Part shown: positions 50,382 through 63,912 of the stretch, in pieces
How the letters are laid out: the number at the start of each line of letters is the position of its first letter
Position numbering within the stretch: the first letter of the stretch is position 1
Assembly (NCBI RefSeq): GCF_006345805.1
Contig: NC_043004.1
Span: forward strand, 90,830,001 to 90,894,000
DNA length: 64,000 bases
Reading direction: 5' to 3'
From: Octopus sinensis
Lineage: Eukaryota
Made by a program: the position numbers and the translations under genes
Notes under the pieces: generated by a model
Databases searched by the model: none
Seen by the model: the letters and a program-made list of their open reading frames with translations, nothing else
What the model was told of the DNA's origin: nothing

Positions 50382-50767
50382 ACATATACACTCATATTAT
50401 TCCTTCTGTCATTTTTGACATCTATCAGCACCCCTCTCTTCCCCGTCTCTCCCCTTTACTCTGTCCTCTAACATCCTCTCCCATCATGCTAATTCTCTTC
50501 CATTATCTCTCTTCTGTCCCTTTTATTGACTCGAGATGAGAGGACTCACTGATGCTGGTAAATGCATGACTGGAGATAATGTAGGAGAGAGGAGACTCTT
50601 AGTCGATCACATTAGTATTGGTGTCTGATGAAATGCACCCACTACATTCTGTAAAATGGTTGGTGAATGAAGGTAGACAGTGTAAGGGTAGAAAAAAAAC
50701 CCCCACTTTATTCTTGCTGGGGACTTAGCAACATCTCTAATGCTGGTCTTATAATAAAATTCAGCTG

Positions 50768-51182
50768 GGCGCAGGAGTGGCTGTGTGGTAAGTAGCTTGC
50801 TAACCAACCACATGGTTCCGGGTTCAGTCCCACTACGTGGCATCTTGGGCAAGTGTCTTCTGCTATAGCCTCAGGCCGACCAAAGCCTTGTGAGTGGATT
50901 TGGGAGATGGAAACTGAAAGAAGCCTGTCGTATATATGTATATATATGTATGTGTGTGTATATGTTTGTGTGTCTGTGTTTGTCCCTCTAGCATTGCTTG
51001 ACAACCGATGCTGGTGTGTTTACGTCCCCGTCACTTAGCGGCTCGGCAAAAGAGACCGATAGAATAAGTACTGGGCTTACAAAGAATAAGTCCCGGGGTC
51101 GATTTGCTCGACTAAAGGCGGTGCTCCAACATGGCCGTAGTCAAATGACTGAAACAAGTAAAAGAGTAAAGAGTAAAAGAGT
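50768..51182 (+). mobile_element. SINE family A, full length
   Basis: GGCGCAGGAGTGGCTGTGTGG head to (AAAGAGT)n tail. Confidence 0.9.
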
Positions 51183-52579
51183 AGTGTATTCTCTAATATG
51201 GCTAGCAATAGCAAGGGAATCCAGTCATGAAAATGTTATCAAAAGTGGAACATACAAATCAGACATGGTCCCCAATCTGTTTAAGAAGGCAAGAAATTGA
51301 AATAAGAATTGACTTGGTCCATGACAACTCGTTCAGCTTATGTTGGCATAGAAAAGCGGATGTAAAATGATGATGATGAGGAGGACAACGATAATTGTGT
51401 GCATTGCAAAGCCTTTGTCTTTGTTATTGTATCTGGATGTTTAAGTATTTATTTTGCCCTTTTGGTTAATAAAGAAATCATTATTATTCTTATTATTTTT
51501 ATCATCATCATCAATAATATTATTGATCCATTAATGCTAGTGATGAACTGGATGGAATAGATTTATAATAAAACGGTTCAGTCTCTTGGCAATACACAGC
51601 ACTGATCTGGAAAGGTTGTTTCCCTGGCAACAGAATTCATGTTGATCTACAGAATTCCATGTCATCACTATTTAATGGTGATGACAATCAGTTTTGGTAT
51701 TTTGTTTTCATGTTTTCCAAATATTTAAAAAAGAAATTTATAGATTTTTTCTTTTTTTCTTTATAAGCCTGAATAAGTGCATTTTGTTGAAGCAGGCAGC
51801 TCTGACCATTGAACCATGAAATAGAGAGTGATAGAATATATTTACTTGTTTAGCCCTAGGATAACCTTCATCCAACAAATCTGTGATCAAAGATGTTCCA
51901 GCCATGACTATTTCATTTTTTATATTTAGACAGAACAAATCCAAGACTAGGTTACCTATTATGCCCTTCCTTTTTTTAAAGACAATATGATGTAACTTGA
52001 AAAATATTTCTATTTCTAGCAGGTCAAATGACCTTATAAAGGCTAATTGTTGAGTCATGTAATGCAATGTGGTATGATGACATCTGATATGAGGTGGTGC
52101 TGTTTGGGCACGGCTCAGTCATAATCACAGCAAACTAAGGATCAAAGACGTCCTAGATATGACTTTCCCCTCTTTTATTTAGACAGTGTATCTAGGGTTA
52201 CCTTAATGCATTTTATAATTTATCGTTAAATTGTAGAGTGAAATATGAAGTCTATTTGACTGCTACTTCTAACAGATGACCACATAGATTGAGTTGGAAT
52301 CATCTGACTATAACCCATGCCTACTATAAATTTGAGGCAAGTCCCTCTTAACATTTTATTTCAATATGTTGTCAACATTGAAAGTGATGGAAAGAAAGAT
52401 ATGAAACATTAATATGCTACGCACTTCCTTATTTCAACATTCAATTCCTGACAGTATTTGCTGTAACTTTCAATGAACAAATATTAAGCACCTTACAAAT
52501 GGAGTTTATGAGATAACTTAGAGTATCAGTAGAAGCTATTCACATTGTTGTTGTTCTTGATATTATTATTATCCTCTCC

Positions 52580-52975
52580 GTGGAGGCGCAATGGCCCAGT
52601 GGTTAGGGCAGCGGACACGCGGTCGGAGGATCGCGGTTTCGATTCCCAGACCGGGCGTTGTGAGTGTTTATTGAGCGAAAACACCTAAAGCTCCACGAGG
52701 CTCCAGCAGGGGGTGGTGATGACCCCTGTTGTACTCTTTCACCTCAACTTTCTCTCACTCCACTCTTACTTCCTGTTTCTGTTGTACCTGTATTTCAAGG
52801 GGCCGGCCTTGTCACTCTCTGTGTCATGCTGAATATCCCTGAGAACTACGTTAAGGGTGCACGTGTCTGTGGAGTGCTCAGCCACTTACACGTTAATTTC
52901 ACGAGCAGGCTGTTCCGTTGATTCGGATCAACCGGAACCCTCATTGTCGTAACCGACAGAGGGCTTCCATCCATC
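52580..52975 (+). mobile_element. SINE family C, copy 2
   Basis: Highly similar to 47384-47765; 12-bp TSD ATTATCCTCTCC (52568-52579, 52976-52987). Confidence 0.9.
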
Positions 52976-52991
52976 ATTATCCTCTCCAGAT

Positions 52992-53200
52992 GATCTGGCA
53001 GAATCAGTAGCACATCAGACAAAATGTTTAATGATATTTCTTCCAGCTTTTTACATTCTGAGTTCATATTCTGATAAGGTAAATTTTGCTTTCATCCTTT
53101 CGGGGTCAATAAAATTAGTACTGGTTAAGGACTAGGATCAATGTAAACTCTCCCCCTAAAATTACTGGCCTTGTGCCAGAGTTTGAAACAATTATTATTA
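52992..53200 (+). mobile_element. Diverged SINE family B with (ATT)n tail
   Basis: CTGGCAGAA..CTGAGTTCA..GCTTTCATCCTTTCGGGGTCAATAAAATTAGTAC..GGCCTTGTGCC. Confidence 0.7.
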
Positions 53201-53210
53201 TTATGATTAT

Positions 53211-55737
53211 TTGGTTTGGCCCAGGTTCAGTCTTATTTCTGGTAGGAGTTATGTGGTTAATGGGTTACTACCTGTAACCTTAAGTATCCACAAGTTTTCA
53301 GTAGTCTCAAGTGCTTAGAACACTCCCGATAATCCTTGCTGTTCCTAAAAGACAAACTTTCTGTAGGAGCTCTACAAGGCATTCTATTTCATTCTCCTCC
53401 AACCATTTGTTTATATCTTTGCTTACTGTTCCTAGTGCACAATTATTATAGGCACGACTGTTTGCATGCTCCAAATTCTTCCTATTTCAAATTTTAAGGT
53501 ATTGTATTTTTTTTGTTGTTCTTCCTCTTTCTTTATGATCCTGGAATCAACCAGGCATGATGAGTTGATAAGTAAGCAACTTTACTTTTCCTTATCTATA
53601 ATTGCTATGTCTGGTCTATTATTTTCTAACTTCTTCTGTGCTTGAATTGGAAAGTCTCACAAAATCTTACATTTCTTCAACTCCAGTACACTTTGACTCG
53701 ATGATTGTACCATGTGTTTCCAGCTTCAAATCCCCATTTCTGGCATAGTTTCCAGTGCAAAACTTTTACAACCAGGTTGTGCCTCCATCTCTTATATTCT
53801 TCCTGTGCCAACTTGGGCATTCTACCACAATGTGTGCCACTGTCTCATTTCAAATTCCACAAGCTCTACATTTTTCTGTGACATTCTCTCCATGTATATA
53901 TTTTTCTCAAGTTGTTTGTTTTTATTGCTTGATCTTGAGCTGCTACAATTAGGCTCTCTGTTTCTTTTTTAATTGCCTCCTTTTTAACTAAGCCCCAGGA
54001 TTTTGTTCCACATATGTCTTCAGTGACTCTCCAAAATTGGCCATGCAGAGGTTTCTCTTCAATCTGTCTGATGTACTTTCTTTGCATTTCATTCTTGTCC
54101 TTTTCTCCTATTACGCACTTCATCACCTGTTCTTTATTAACTGTCTTTAGTAGTTATTCTGTGTTGCTCTGTAAATACTCTACTAGACTTTTTCTTTCCA
54201 TCTGTACACATTCTACTACTACTCTTAAGCTTCTTCCACCCTGGTTTCTTCTCAAGTACAACCAGCTGATATCAGCTTTCAGATGATGGGCTCCATACAT
54301 CATCAACAACTTCTCAGTTTTTCTGTCACGTTTCTTTATATAATTTTTGTCCAGCCTATAATTCCAACTCCATATCTGACAAAGGGTACTGCTCTAGAAT
54401 TTATTGCTGCAATAAGATTTTTGGAATTCAGCTTTGAGTACAATAATTTTCTTACTCTCCTTGTGTACTCCTTATTGGTAATTTTTTTCATTTCTTCATA
54501 TTTTTTTTGTCTGCTTCTAGTATTTCCAGGTACTTACACCACTGTCCTTTCTCAACTGCTCTCATTGTTTGCCCATTTGGCATTTCAGTTCTCTGGCTTC
54601 TTTCAAATCTTCTTCATTTCATTTTCAATATAGCGCACTTTTCTATTCCAAATGCCATACCTACATAATTTGAGAAAATGCAGATAATATGTCCAAGACT
54701 TTCAAGCTGTTTCTCATTTTTCACATAAACCTTTATATCATCCATGAAAAGGAAATGATTTATCTGACCATTTCCTTTTCCCAAATTGTAAGCAATGAGT
54801 GGTGTCATGGCCAATTTGAACAGTAATGGAGATAAGCTATCATCCTGGAATATTCCATGTCTGATGTTCACTTTCTGAGATTTTGTTTTCCTCCGATCAA
54901 TTAAGTATTCCAATGTTTCATACATTCATTAAGCATTTTCTCCATGGTTTTGCTATTCCAGACATGCTCATTGTTTTACTTATCCAACTGTGTGGTACCA
55001 TGTCATATGCTTTTTTTGTAATCTAGCCATGCTACATTCAGTCATGTCAATCTGCATTACAATTTCTAATTATCCTTTTATCAACTAATTAGTGATCTTT
55101 TGTTGCCCTACTTTGTTTCCTGCATTCTTTCTGTTCTTATGGGAGTAGATTGTTACTTTCCAGATGATTGTATAACTCTTCTGCCAAGCCACCGGTCATG
55201 AGTTTCCACATAAGTGGTAAACAAGTCACAGGTTGAAAATATGACACCAAGTTTCCTTTCAAGGGATCCTTGAGGTATAGCAACATTTGTCCACGTGTCA
55301 TCGAGGCAAGGATGTAACCCTGCTGCAGGCAGTCATCTAGTTGCACAGTGATCCTTTCATGCATCTGTGTAAAGTTCTACAGCCAATAGACCTGTACACC
55401 ATCCAGGCCTGGTACTTTCCAATTTTTTATTTTTTAAACTTCTGTCTCACTGTATATAGATTAATTCTGATGTCTTCTTGTCTTCGTACAATTGCAACTT
55501 GTCTTCCCACCTTTGTCAGCTACCTTGCCAACTTGTTCTACAGCCTTCCCCAAAATTCTTTACTTTCTTCTGCATCTGGAATCAGTTCCTGGTGTTGGCC
55601 TCCCTTTATTTCCTCAAATAGATGCCCTGTATTCGATTGGAACAGTCTATTCTATTCAAAACCTTTGCATCTAGCATCATATCTTTTCAATTTGGCTTTT
55701 AATGCTGTCACCTTTTGTATCAATTCATCATGTACTG
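53211..55737 (-). mobile_element. R4/Dong-like LINE (RT, CCHC and RLE), decayed and 5'-truncated, between (ATT)n tracts
   Basis: QPVTCLPLMWKLMTG, GIFQDDSLSPLLF, HFLFMDDIK, FGIEKCA, ESLIVAAQDQAIKTN and NNRPDI motifs. Confidence 0.85.
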
Positions 55738-56582
55738 AATTATTATTGTTATTATTATCATATTGCATTTTCTAATAATAGAATAATCAGTTACAGGCTT
55801 TCAACAGGCCAATCAATAGTATATTGTGTTTACAATACCCAATAACAAAAGACATGCATATGTATAGTTATCGTTTTATTTCATGAATTACTAACAACTT
55901 TCAAAATGTTTCATCAAGAAAGATGTTAAAATGACTCAACAATCCTGAAACTATAATCTGAGTATTCTAGAGTGTTTGCTTTTCTTCTTAAATCCTTAAA
56001 TTCTTAAAAATGTTTTAGCCCGAAGGCCGCGGCCATGCTGGGGCACCACCATCTGTCTAGATAAAATATACATGTCAGCTGTATCACTGAAACAACCTGT
56101 AGTCTGTCTATATTTTCTATCTGCCTCTCCATCACCTGGCTCTTTTTATGCCTTATTAGCTTCAAAGCAACTCCACTAATGCTGATGTCACAAAAAAAAC
56201 ATCTGCTGCACTTTGCAAGTAATTAGTAAACAATTCAAACAGTGACAACACAGGACTTGGAGAGGGTGTTTAGTGTTCCCAATGGTAAGATAATCTCGAT
56301 AATGTTGATGCCAAAAAAATACAATCATACACTATGTTAGGAAGAGTATCCAGCCATAAACACCATGCCAAAATTGGAGCAAAATCTGTTCCTCTGACCT
56401 GTTGGATCCTGTTTTATTGTCCACCTCAAGCCACCATGGAAAATGGATGATAACAATATATATTTGGAAATGGATGTGTAACGTTTAATTAAATAATAAT
56501 ATAAATAATATAAATAATACATACATACATATATCTCATCAACATATCCATTTAACACTCCTTTTCCCATGCTGGCATAGTT

Positions 56583-56633
<51 letters not shown>

Positions 56634-57007
56634 TTTATATATATTCTCTTTTCTTGGTAATCCTTTGGATCTGAGAAAAACGATTCTGCAATTTCTTGCT
56701 GAATGACCAGCTCAAATGATTTGTTTATAGTGATCAAATGTTTGTGTTGTACATGTGCTCACTCACCGCCTCACTCAAATCAACATTACCTGTACAGGTG
56801 TACAGTGTGTCACATGCCAGGTGTCAAGTGATCACAGAGCATTGCAAAATGAAATGATTTGCTCAAGAACACAATGCACTGCTCAGTCTAGGAATTGAAA
56901 TCATGATCATGAGATCATGGATGCAACACCTTAATCCCTAAGCCACATGCTCTCATATATATATGTGTGTGTGTGTATGTGTGTGTGTGTGTGTGTATAC
57001 ACACATG

Positions 57008-58740
57008 TCATCATCATCATTGTTTAATGTCCACTTTCCATGTTGGCATGGGTTAGATGGTTTGACTGAGGACTGGCAAGCTGAGATGCTGCACTGGGCT
57101 CCAATCTGATCTAGTAAGGTTTCTACAGATGGATGCCCTCCTAATGCCAACCACTCCAAGAGTCTACTGGGTGCTTTTTACATGCCACCAGCATGAGAGC
57201 CAGTCAGGCGGTACTGCCATTGGTTATGACTAAAATTTCACTTGGCTCAACAAGTCTTCTCAAGCACAGCATATTGCCCAATGATTGAAGGGGTGCTTTT
57301 AAATGGGCCAGTTATCTAACACTGGTATCAGCCACAGCTACGATCTCACTTGGCTTTCTGGGTTTTCTCAAACACAGCATATGTCCAAAGGCCTCTGTTG
57401 CTTGTCATTGCCTCTGTGAAGCCCAGTGTTTGAAGGTCATGCTTCACCCATGTCTTCTTGGGGCTAACTCTTCCACAGGTTCTCTCTACTGTTAGGGTGT
57501 GACACTTCTTCACACAGCTGTTCTCATCCATACACAACACATGAACATACCAGCACAGTCGTCTCTCTTGCACTCCATATTTGATGCTTCTTATATCTAA
57601 CTTTTCTCTCAGGGCACTTACGCTCTGTCGTGTATGCATGCAGACATTACACATCCAGCGAAGCATACTAGCTTCATTTCTTTTAAACCTATGTATGTCA
57701 CAGCCCATGTTTCACTGCTATTTAGCATGGCTGTTCATACACAGGCATTATACAGTTTACCTTTCACTCTGAGCGAGAAGCCCTTTGTAACCAGCAGAGG
57801 TAGGAGCTCTCTGAATTTTGCCCAGGTTATTCTTATTCTGGCAGCTACGCTCTCACAGCATCCAGCCCCACTACTAATTTGGTCACCTAGGTAATGGAAG
57901 TTATCAACTACTTCTAGTCTTTCTCCCTGTCATGTGATGGAATCTGTTTTCTGTGTATCTTCAGTGTTTATTACCCCTGTGCTTCTGTCACACAAAAACT
58001 ATCTTCTCGATTAACCTGCCTTTGATACTGCTGCACCTCTTGTATGTCCAGGGTACATCTTATGGAGTTTCTACCTACACTTTTTCTACAAATCGAGCAG
58101 GGCCATCTACCTGAAGGGATTTGTGATTTGTTTGCCTTCCTACTTACTAAGACTTTGTTTTTTGCAATATTGACTCTAAGGCCCTTCAATTCTAGACCTT
58201 GCTTCCACACCTGAAATTTCTTCTCTAGTTCTGGTAGTGACTCAGCTATTAGAGCAAGGTCATCAACATAGAGGAACTCTCAGGGGCAGCCTGTCTTGAA
58301 TTCTTGTGTTATTGCCTGGAGGACTATGATGAATAAGAGGTGGGTGAAGACTGATCCTTGGTGGACCCCAACTTCTACCCAGAATTCTTCCAAGAGTCTA
58401 GTGGATGCTTTTTACATGCTACCGGCTCGGGAGTCAGTCAGGCGGAACTGGCATCGACTACACTTGAATTCTTCACTATACTTGTTGCTAACCTTCACCT
58501 TACTGACAGCATCCCTGTACATAGCTTGTACAGCTCTTACCAACTATTCAACTGTCCCTAGTTTCCATAGTGACAATCAGATAAGGGACTGGGGGACTCT
58601 GTCAAAAGCTTTCTCCATGTCAATGAAAGCCAAGTACAGAGGTTTATCTTTGGCTGGGAATTTCTCCTGTGGCTGTCTTACCAGAAATATAGCATCAGTG
58701 GTGCTTCTCCTTGACACAAACCTAAACTGCATCTCAGCTG
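57008..58740 (-). mobile_element. RTE-clade LINE 3' part (same lineage as 3898-5463), decayed
   Basis: WKQGLELKGLRVNIAKNKVL, GRWPCSICRKSVGRNSIRC, ERRLCWYVHVLCMDE; UTR and (GAT)n tail at 57008-57340. Confidence 0.88.
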
Positions 58741-58783
58741 AACGCCCTTCCTAATGCCAACCACTTTTCTGAGTGTGCTGGGT

Positions 58784-59015
58784 CTTTTACATAGTACCAC
58801 ACAGGTGCTTTTACACGGCACCTTATGGGTGCTCTTACAAGGCACTGTGCAGAAACTTTTACATAGCATCACACTGGTGCTTATATGTGGCATTGCACAG
58901 GCGCTTTTACATGGCACCACAGGGGTACTTTTATGTGTGGTATTGCATGGTTGCTTTTAAGTGACATTGCATGGGTATGTTTAAGTGGAACCACAAGGGC
59001 CCTTTTACATTACAC
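58784..59015. repeat. 24-bp minisatellite, 10 degenerate units
   Basis: CTTTTAC-type anchors at 58784, 58808, 58832, 58856, 58880, 58904, 58928, 58954, 58978 and 59002. Confidence 0.85.
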
Positions 59016-60664
59016 AGCATCCCACCCCTACACATCCCAACCCACCATACAAACACATCCAAACCTCACCATCTCAACACATTCCAACCCTACCCCACAC
59101 ATCCAACTCCCATATATCCACCAACATCCTCACCCCACCCTCCAACACCACCACGCCCTAGCACCGCCACACCACACTACACACCACCACACCACATCAT
59201 GCCACACTACATCAAACAACATCACATCACATAACACCACCCTGCACACACTAGCACTGACCACTTCCCAGCACCCACACCACACCACACCAAACCACAT
59301 CACAGCACATAACCCCCCCCACACACACACAAGCACTGACCACTTCTGAGCCCCCACATCATCATCCACACACTCACACATTACAGATGCTCACACTTAC
59401 ACATGCACACATCCACATATCAAAGTCACCAGCCCTTATCCACACACACACTTACACACTCTCACATACACACACATATGTACCTTCGTTTTGGGATCAC
59501 CAATACTCTATTATCTCCCCTTCTTCCTTGCTCTCCTGTCTAACTATTTCTGTCCTGCCAGTCACCATGATTGACCACTAGCCCCTAAAGCTCTGTTTAT
59601 TTCCTTGTGTTCCTTTCTGTTGAATTGTGTATGCTCGAAATGTAAAAGACTTTCTCACCTTCCTGAGCATTAAACTAATACACCTGTTTGTTGTTTATAC
59701 ACCTGTCTTTGTCTTGTGTTTTTCTGTAAATTCCAGCTATATATATAGATCATATGAGCTATGTGAATCCATATTATAAAAACACTTTCACTTGTTAAAA
59801 TAGAACACAGACTGATATATAATATAGTCCTCTATCATGAATGGTATATTAGGAGAAATAGTATTGTGTTGGAAAAAGAACTTCAATTATAATACCCTTC
59901 ATATTCTATTTTCAAATCCCTCAAAAGATGTCTTTGCCATTCATTTATCAAGGGATCATTAAAATAAGTATTCATCAAGTCGTGGAGTTGATAAAATAGT
60001 CTTTTCCCTATCTTTCATATTTGAGTTCTGGTGCTTTCCTCTATCAGAAATCAATATGTCTCATACTCAATAACACATAATATTCTGGAGTGGGACTATT
60101 TGTACATTTTTATTAAGACCGATTATTTATTTAAAAAAAAAGTTTGATTTTCTTTAGATTTTTCATTACTTTATTTTATCGATTTGATATCTGAAATTTG
60201 ATAGAAAGTTAGCTGTCTACTTAGATTTTGCATCTTTCCAGCTTGAGATAGAAGTCTTGATCTTGTTCAGTTTCTGGAGAACTTCCTTCCTTTATTGGTA
60301 TTTCATGGTAAAATAGGTTGTTGATAATTTCCCACACCCTCCTAAGCTTCCTGTTCAGTTTTTTTTTTTTTTGCTATGATTAGTAATGCATCTATTTTCA
60401 AAAATTTGAAACTTCAGATAATAATAATAATAATGATGATGATGATGATAATAATCCTTTCCACAATAGGCACAATGCCTGCACTTTGGGGAAGGCGGTT
60501 AGTCAGTTGCATTAACCCCCAAAAGGATGAAAGGCAAAGTCAACCTCAGTGGAATATGAACTGAGAACATAAAGTGAGAAGGAAATGCTGCTCAGCATTC
60601 TGTCCAGTGTGTTAACAATTCTGCCAACCCATTGCCCCAACCACAACAAGAACAACAATAACAA

Positions 60665-61345
60665 TAACAATTATTTGCCACAAGGGCATCAGATGATGGG
60701 AACATTACAAGGATAGTTTACAATTTGTATGGGTTTTCACATAAAAGGGGAAGAAAGGGGGAGAAGGGTGAAATGAGATAAAAGTGTAGAGTATACAAAA
60801 TATGTAAACACATCAATGATGCAGTGCTCCTGATACTGGGAAACCTCTGACTAGAGCCAGTCAAGGAACTCCACAGGTTCAGGGTCCTGAGCACCAATGC
60901 CACAAAGCCCTTGCCCAACTTGTGTTCTCCAATCTTTAGGTGCATACTTAGAGCAGATTTACTTACCCTAACCATTTTTGACCCAATCACCCACCTTTTG
61001 AAAAAATCACTGAGAGAACACTTTCTTCTCTGTTGTCACTTTCCTTTCCAAGTGGAACTTTAAAATAATTTATGAGGAAGGTATTTGTCTTTTCTCTATT
61101 CTTTCAGCCTTGTCCATCACACAGCCTCTTTTGTTATAGCTAATATACAGAGGAATACCACCTGCCTTGCCCTGTAAAAGGTGGGATAATCCTTGTGATA
61201 GGCTTGGCTTATCACAAGGATTCATCCTACATGAAACAACAGCTATCACATGTAGGATTCATCCTACATGTAACAACAGCTGTTCAGCATAACTTCACTA
61301 GTCACAATACTTGAACCCTGCGCAAGCAGGTGTAGTATGGGTTCA
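60665..61345 (-). mobile_element. L1/Tx1-like LINE 3' end, decayed
   Basis: Minus strand I.PP..GQG..VFL..LAITKEAV*WTRLK...HLERKV..EK remnants. Confidence 0.5.
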
Positions 61346-61888
61346 TCTTTCTATATGCATCTAAGACAGTCTAACATGGCAGTATTTGCTTGTAGAATTT
61401 ATTTTGAACTTGTAGTGACCTTCAGTAGCACTGCCAGATTAGGGATTTCTGGAAGTTATCCATGGATAGTTCTTTCCCCAAAAGTCCTTCAAAACAGATC
61501 ACCTAATTAGCCACAAGGGAATAAAGAGATACAAAAAATATTAAACTTTTACTAGAGATTACAAAGAAAGAAAAGATAAGATAATGTGGAAAATGAAAAA
61601 ATGTTTACAAATATGAAAGGAGGTGGTAAGAGATGTGAAACAATATATTCACAATACATGAGTGTTGATATTTCACGTAGCACCTTATAAGCAAAGCAGT
61701 GTTAATGATGACATTCCTTGTCAACATTATGAATGGTCACTCTATGATTTCAAAGACTGGTGGGAATATAAAAATCTCATACCTGTAAAACATGTTGCAA
61801 GGATTGGCAAAAGGAAAAGCATTTGGCAGTACAATTGTGCCTCAAAATCAATTTCAGTCCAAGTTATGCTAACATGGAAAGGTAGATA

Positions 61889-62257
61889 TTAATATAAGCA
61901 AGGCCGTTGCCAGCGCTGCCCCGACTGGCTTCCGTGCTGGTGGCACGTAAAAAGCACCATCTGATTGTGGTCGTTGCCAGCCTCGCCTGGCCTCCGTGCC
62001 GGTGACACGTAAAAAGTACCATCTGATCGAGGCCGTTTGCCAGCCTCATCTGTCACCTATGCCGGTGGTACATAAAAAGAACCTACTACACTCATGGAGT
62101 GGTTGGCGCTAGGAAGGGCATCCAGCCGTAGAAACATTGCCAGATCAGACTGGGCCTGGTGCAGCCTTCTGGTTTCCCAGACCCCAGTTGCACCGTCCAA
62201 CCCATGCCAGCATGGAAGGTGGATGCTAAACGATGATGATGATGATGATGATGATGA
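61889..62257 (+). mobile_element. RTE 3' UTR copy with (GAT)n tail, about 200 bp upstream of the DIRAS acceptor
   Basis: Three UTR repeat units, AGGAAGGGCATCCAGCCGTAGAAAC, CTAAACGATGATG tail. Confidence 0.88.
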
Positions 62258-62429
62258 AATGAATGATTTTCTAACTGTTATGAATATATATATGTATTAT
62301 ATAATGTATACACATGGACATAAATACAGGCATACATACAAAAACACCACAAATGCAGTCTCTGTACATAATTGCAATTGTAATTAACAAAGTAAAATTT
62401 CTTTATCTATGGATATCTATGTATTTCTG

Positions 62430-62453
62430 AATTGCTTTCTTTTTTATTTGCAG
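62430..62453 (+). promoter_or_regulatory. Splice acceptor of the DIRAS coding exon
   Basis: TTGCTTTCTTTTTTATTTGCAG|GCATCA; exon starts at 62454. Confidence 0.75.
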
Positions 62454-62486
62454 GCATCAAAGGATCGGTCGGTGCGACTTCGAGTG

Positions 62487-63083
62487 ATGCCAGAGCAGAG
62501 CAACGACTACAGAGTGGTCGTGTTTGGTGCAGGAGGTGTGGGTAAGAGTTCCCTCGTCCTCAGATTTGTACGGGGGACATTCCGTGAAAGCTACATTCCA
62601 ACAATTGAAGACACTTATCGTCAAGTTATCAGCTGCAACAAACAAGTGTGCACGCTGCAAATCACGGACACAACGGGCAGCCATCAGTTCCCCGCCATGC
62701 AGCGCCTATCCATTTCAAAAGGACACGCCTTCATTTTGGTCTACTCTATCACAAGCAGGCAATCGCTGGAAGAGCTTAAGCCGATATTCAGTGAAATCAC
62801 GGAGATCAAAGGAGACGTCGACAGCATCCCGATCATGCTGGTGGGCAACAAGTGCGACGAGACCAGTCGTGAGGTGACTCAGAACGTAGGAGCTGAACTG
62901 GCCAAACGCTGGAACTGTGCCTATCTCGAAACTTCAGCAAAGACAAATCACAATGTGAAGGAACTATTCCAAGAACTGTTGCAGTTGGAGAAGAGACGGA
63001 CCATGAGCCTGCAACTGGAAACAAAGAAAACAAAATCCCAGAAACGCAAGGAGAAGTTAAAGGGGAAATGTGTTGTCATGTAA
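62487..63083 (+). CDS. DIRAS: Di-Ras (DIRAS1/2-like) small GTPase, 198 aa from MPEQSNDY; may carry an upstream extension
   Basis: [27 protein letters not shown] start as in vertebrate DIRAS1/2; G-boxes PTIEDTY, DTTGSH, NKCD, ETSAK; polybasic tail and CAAX CVVM; uninterrupted frame. The Met at 62409 in the ORF track lies in the intron. Confidence 0.96.
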   Translation: MPEQSNDYRVVVFGAGGVGKSSLVLRFVRGTFRESYIPTIEDTYRQVISCNKQVCTLQITDTTGSHQFPAMQRLSISKGHAFILVYSITSRQSLEELKPIFSEITEIKGDVDSIPIMLVGNKCDETSREVTQNVGAELAKRWNCAYLETSAKTNHNVKELFQELLQLEKRRTMSLQLETKKTKSQKRKEKLKGKCVVM

Positions 63084-63139
63084 AACAACACAACAACAAA
63101 AACAAATGATGCAAAACACAATAAAGAACAATAAGATTA

Positions 63140-63912
<773 letters not shown>

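Noticed and set aside
62409-62453. ORF-track Met (MDIYVF...) as the DIRAS start
   Set aside because: It lies in the polypyrimidine tract upstream of a strong AG acceptor.
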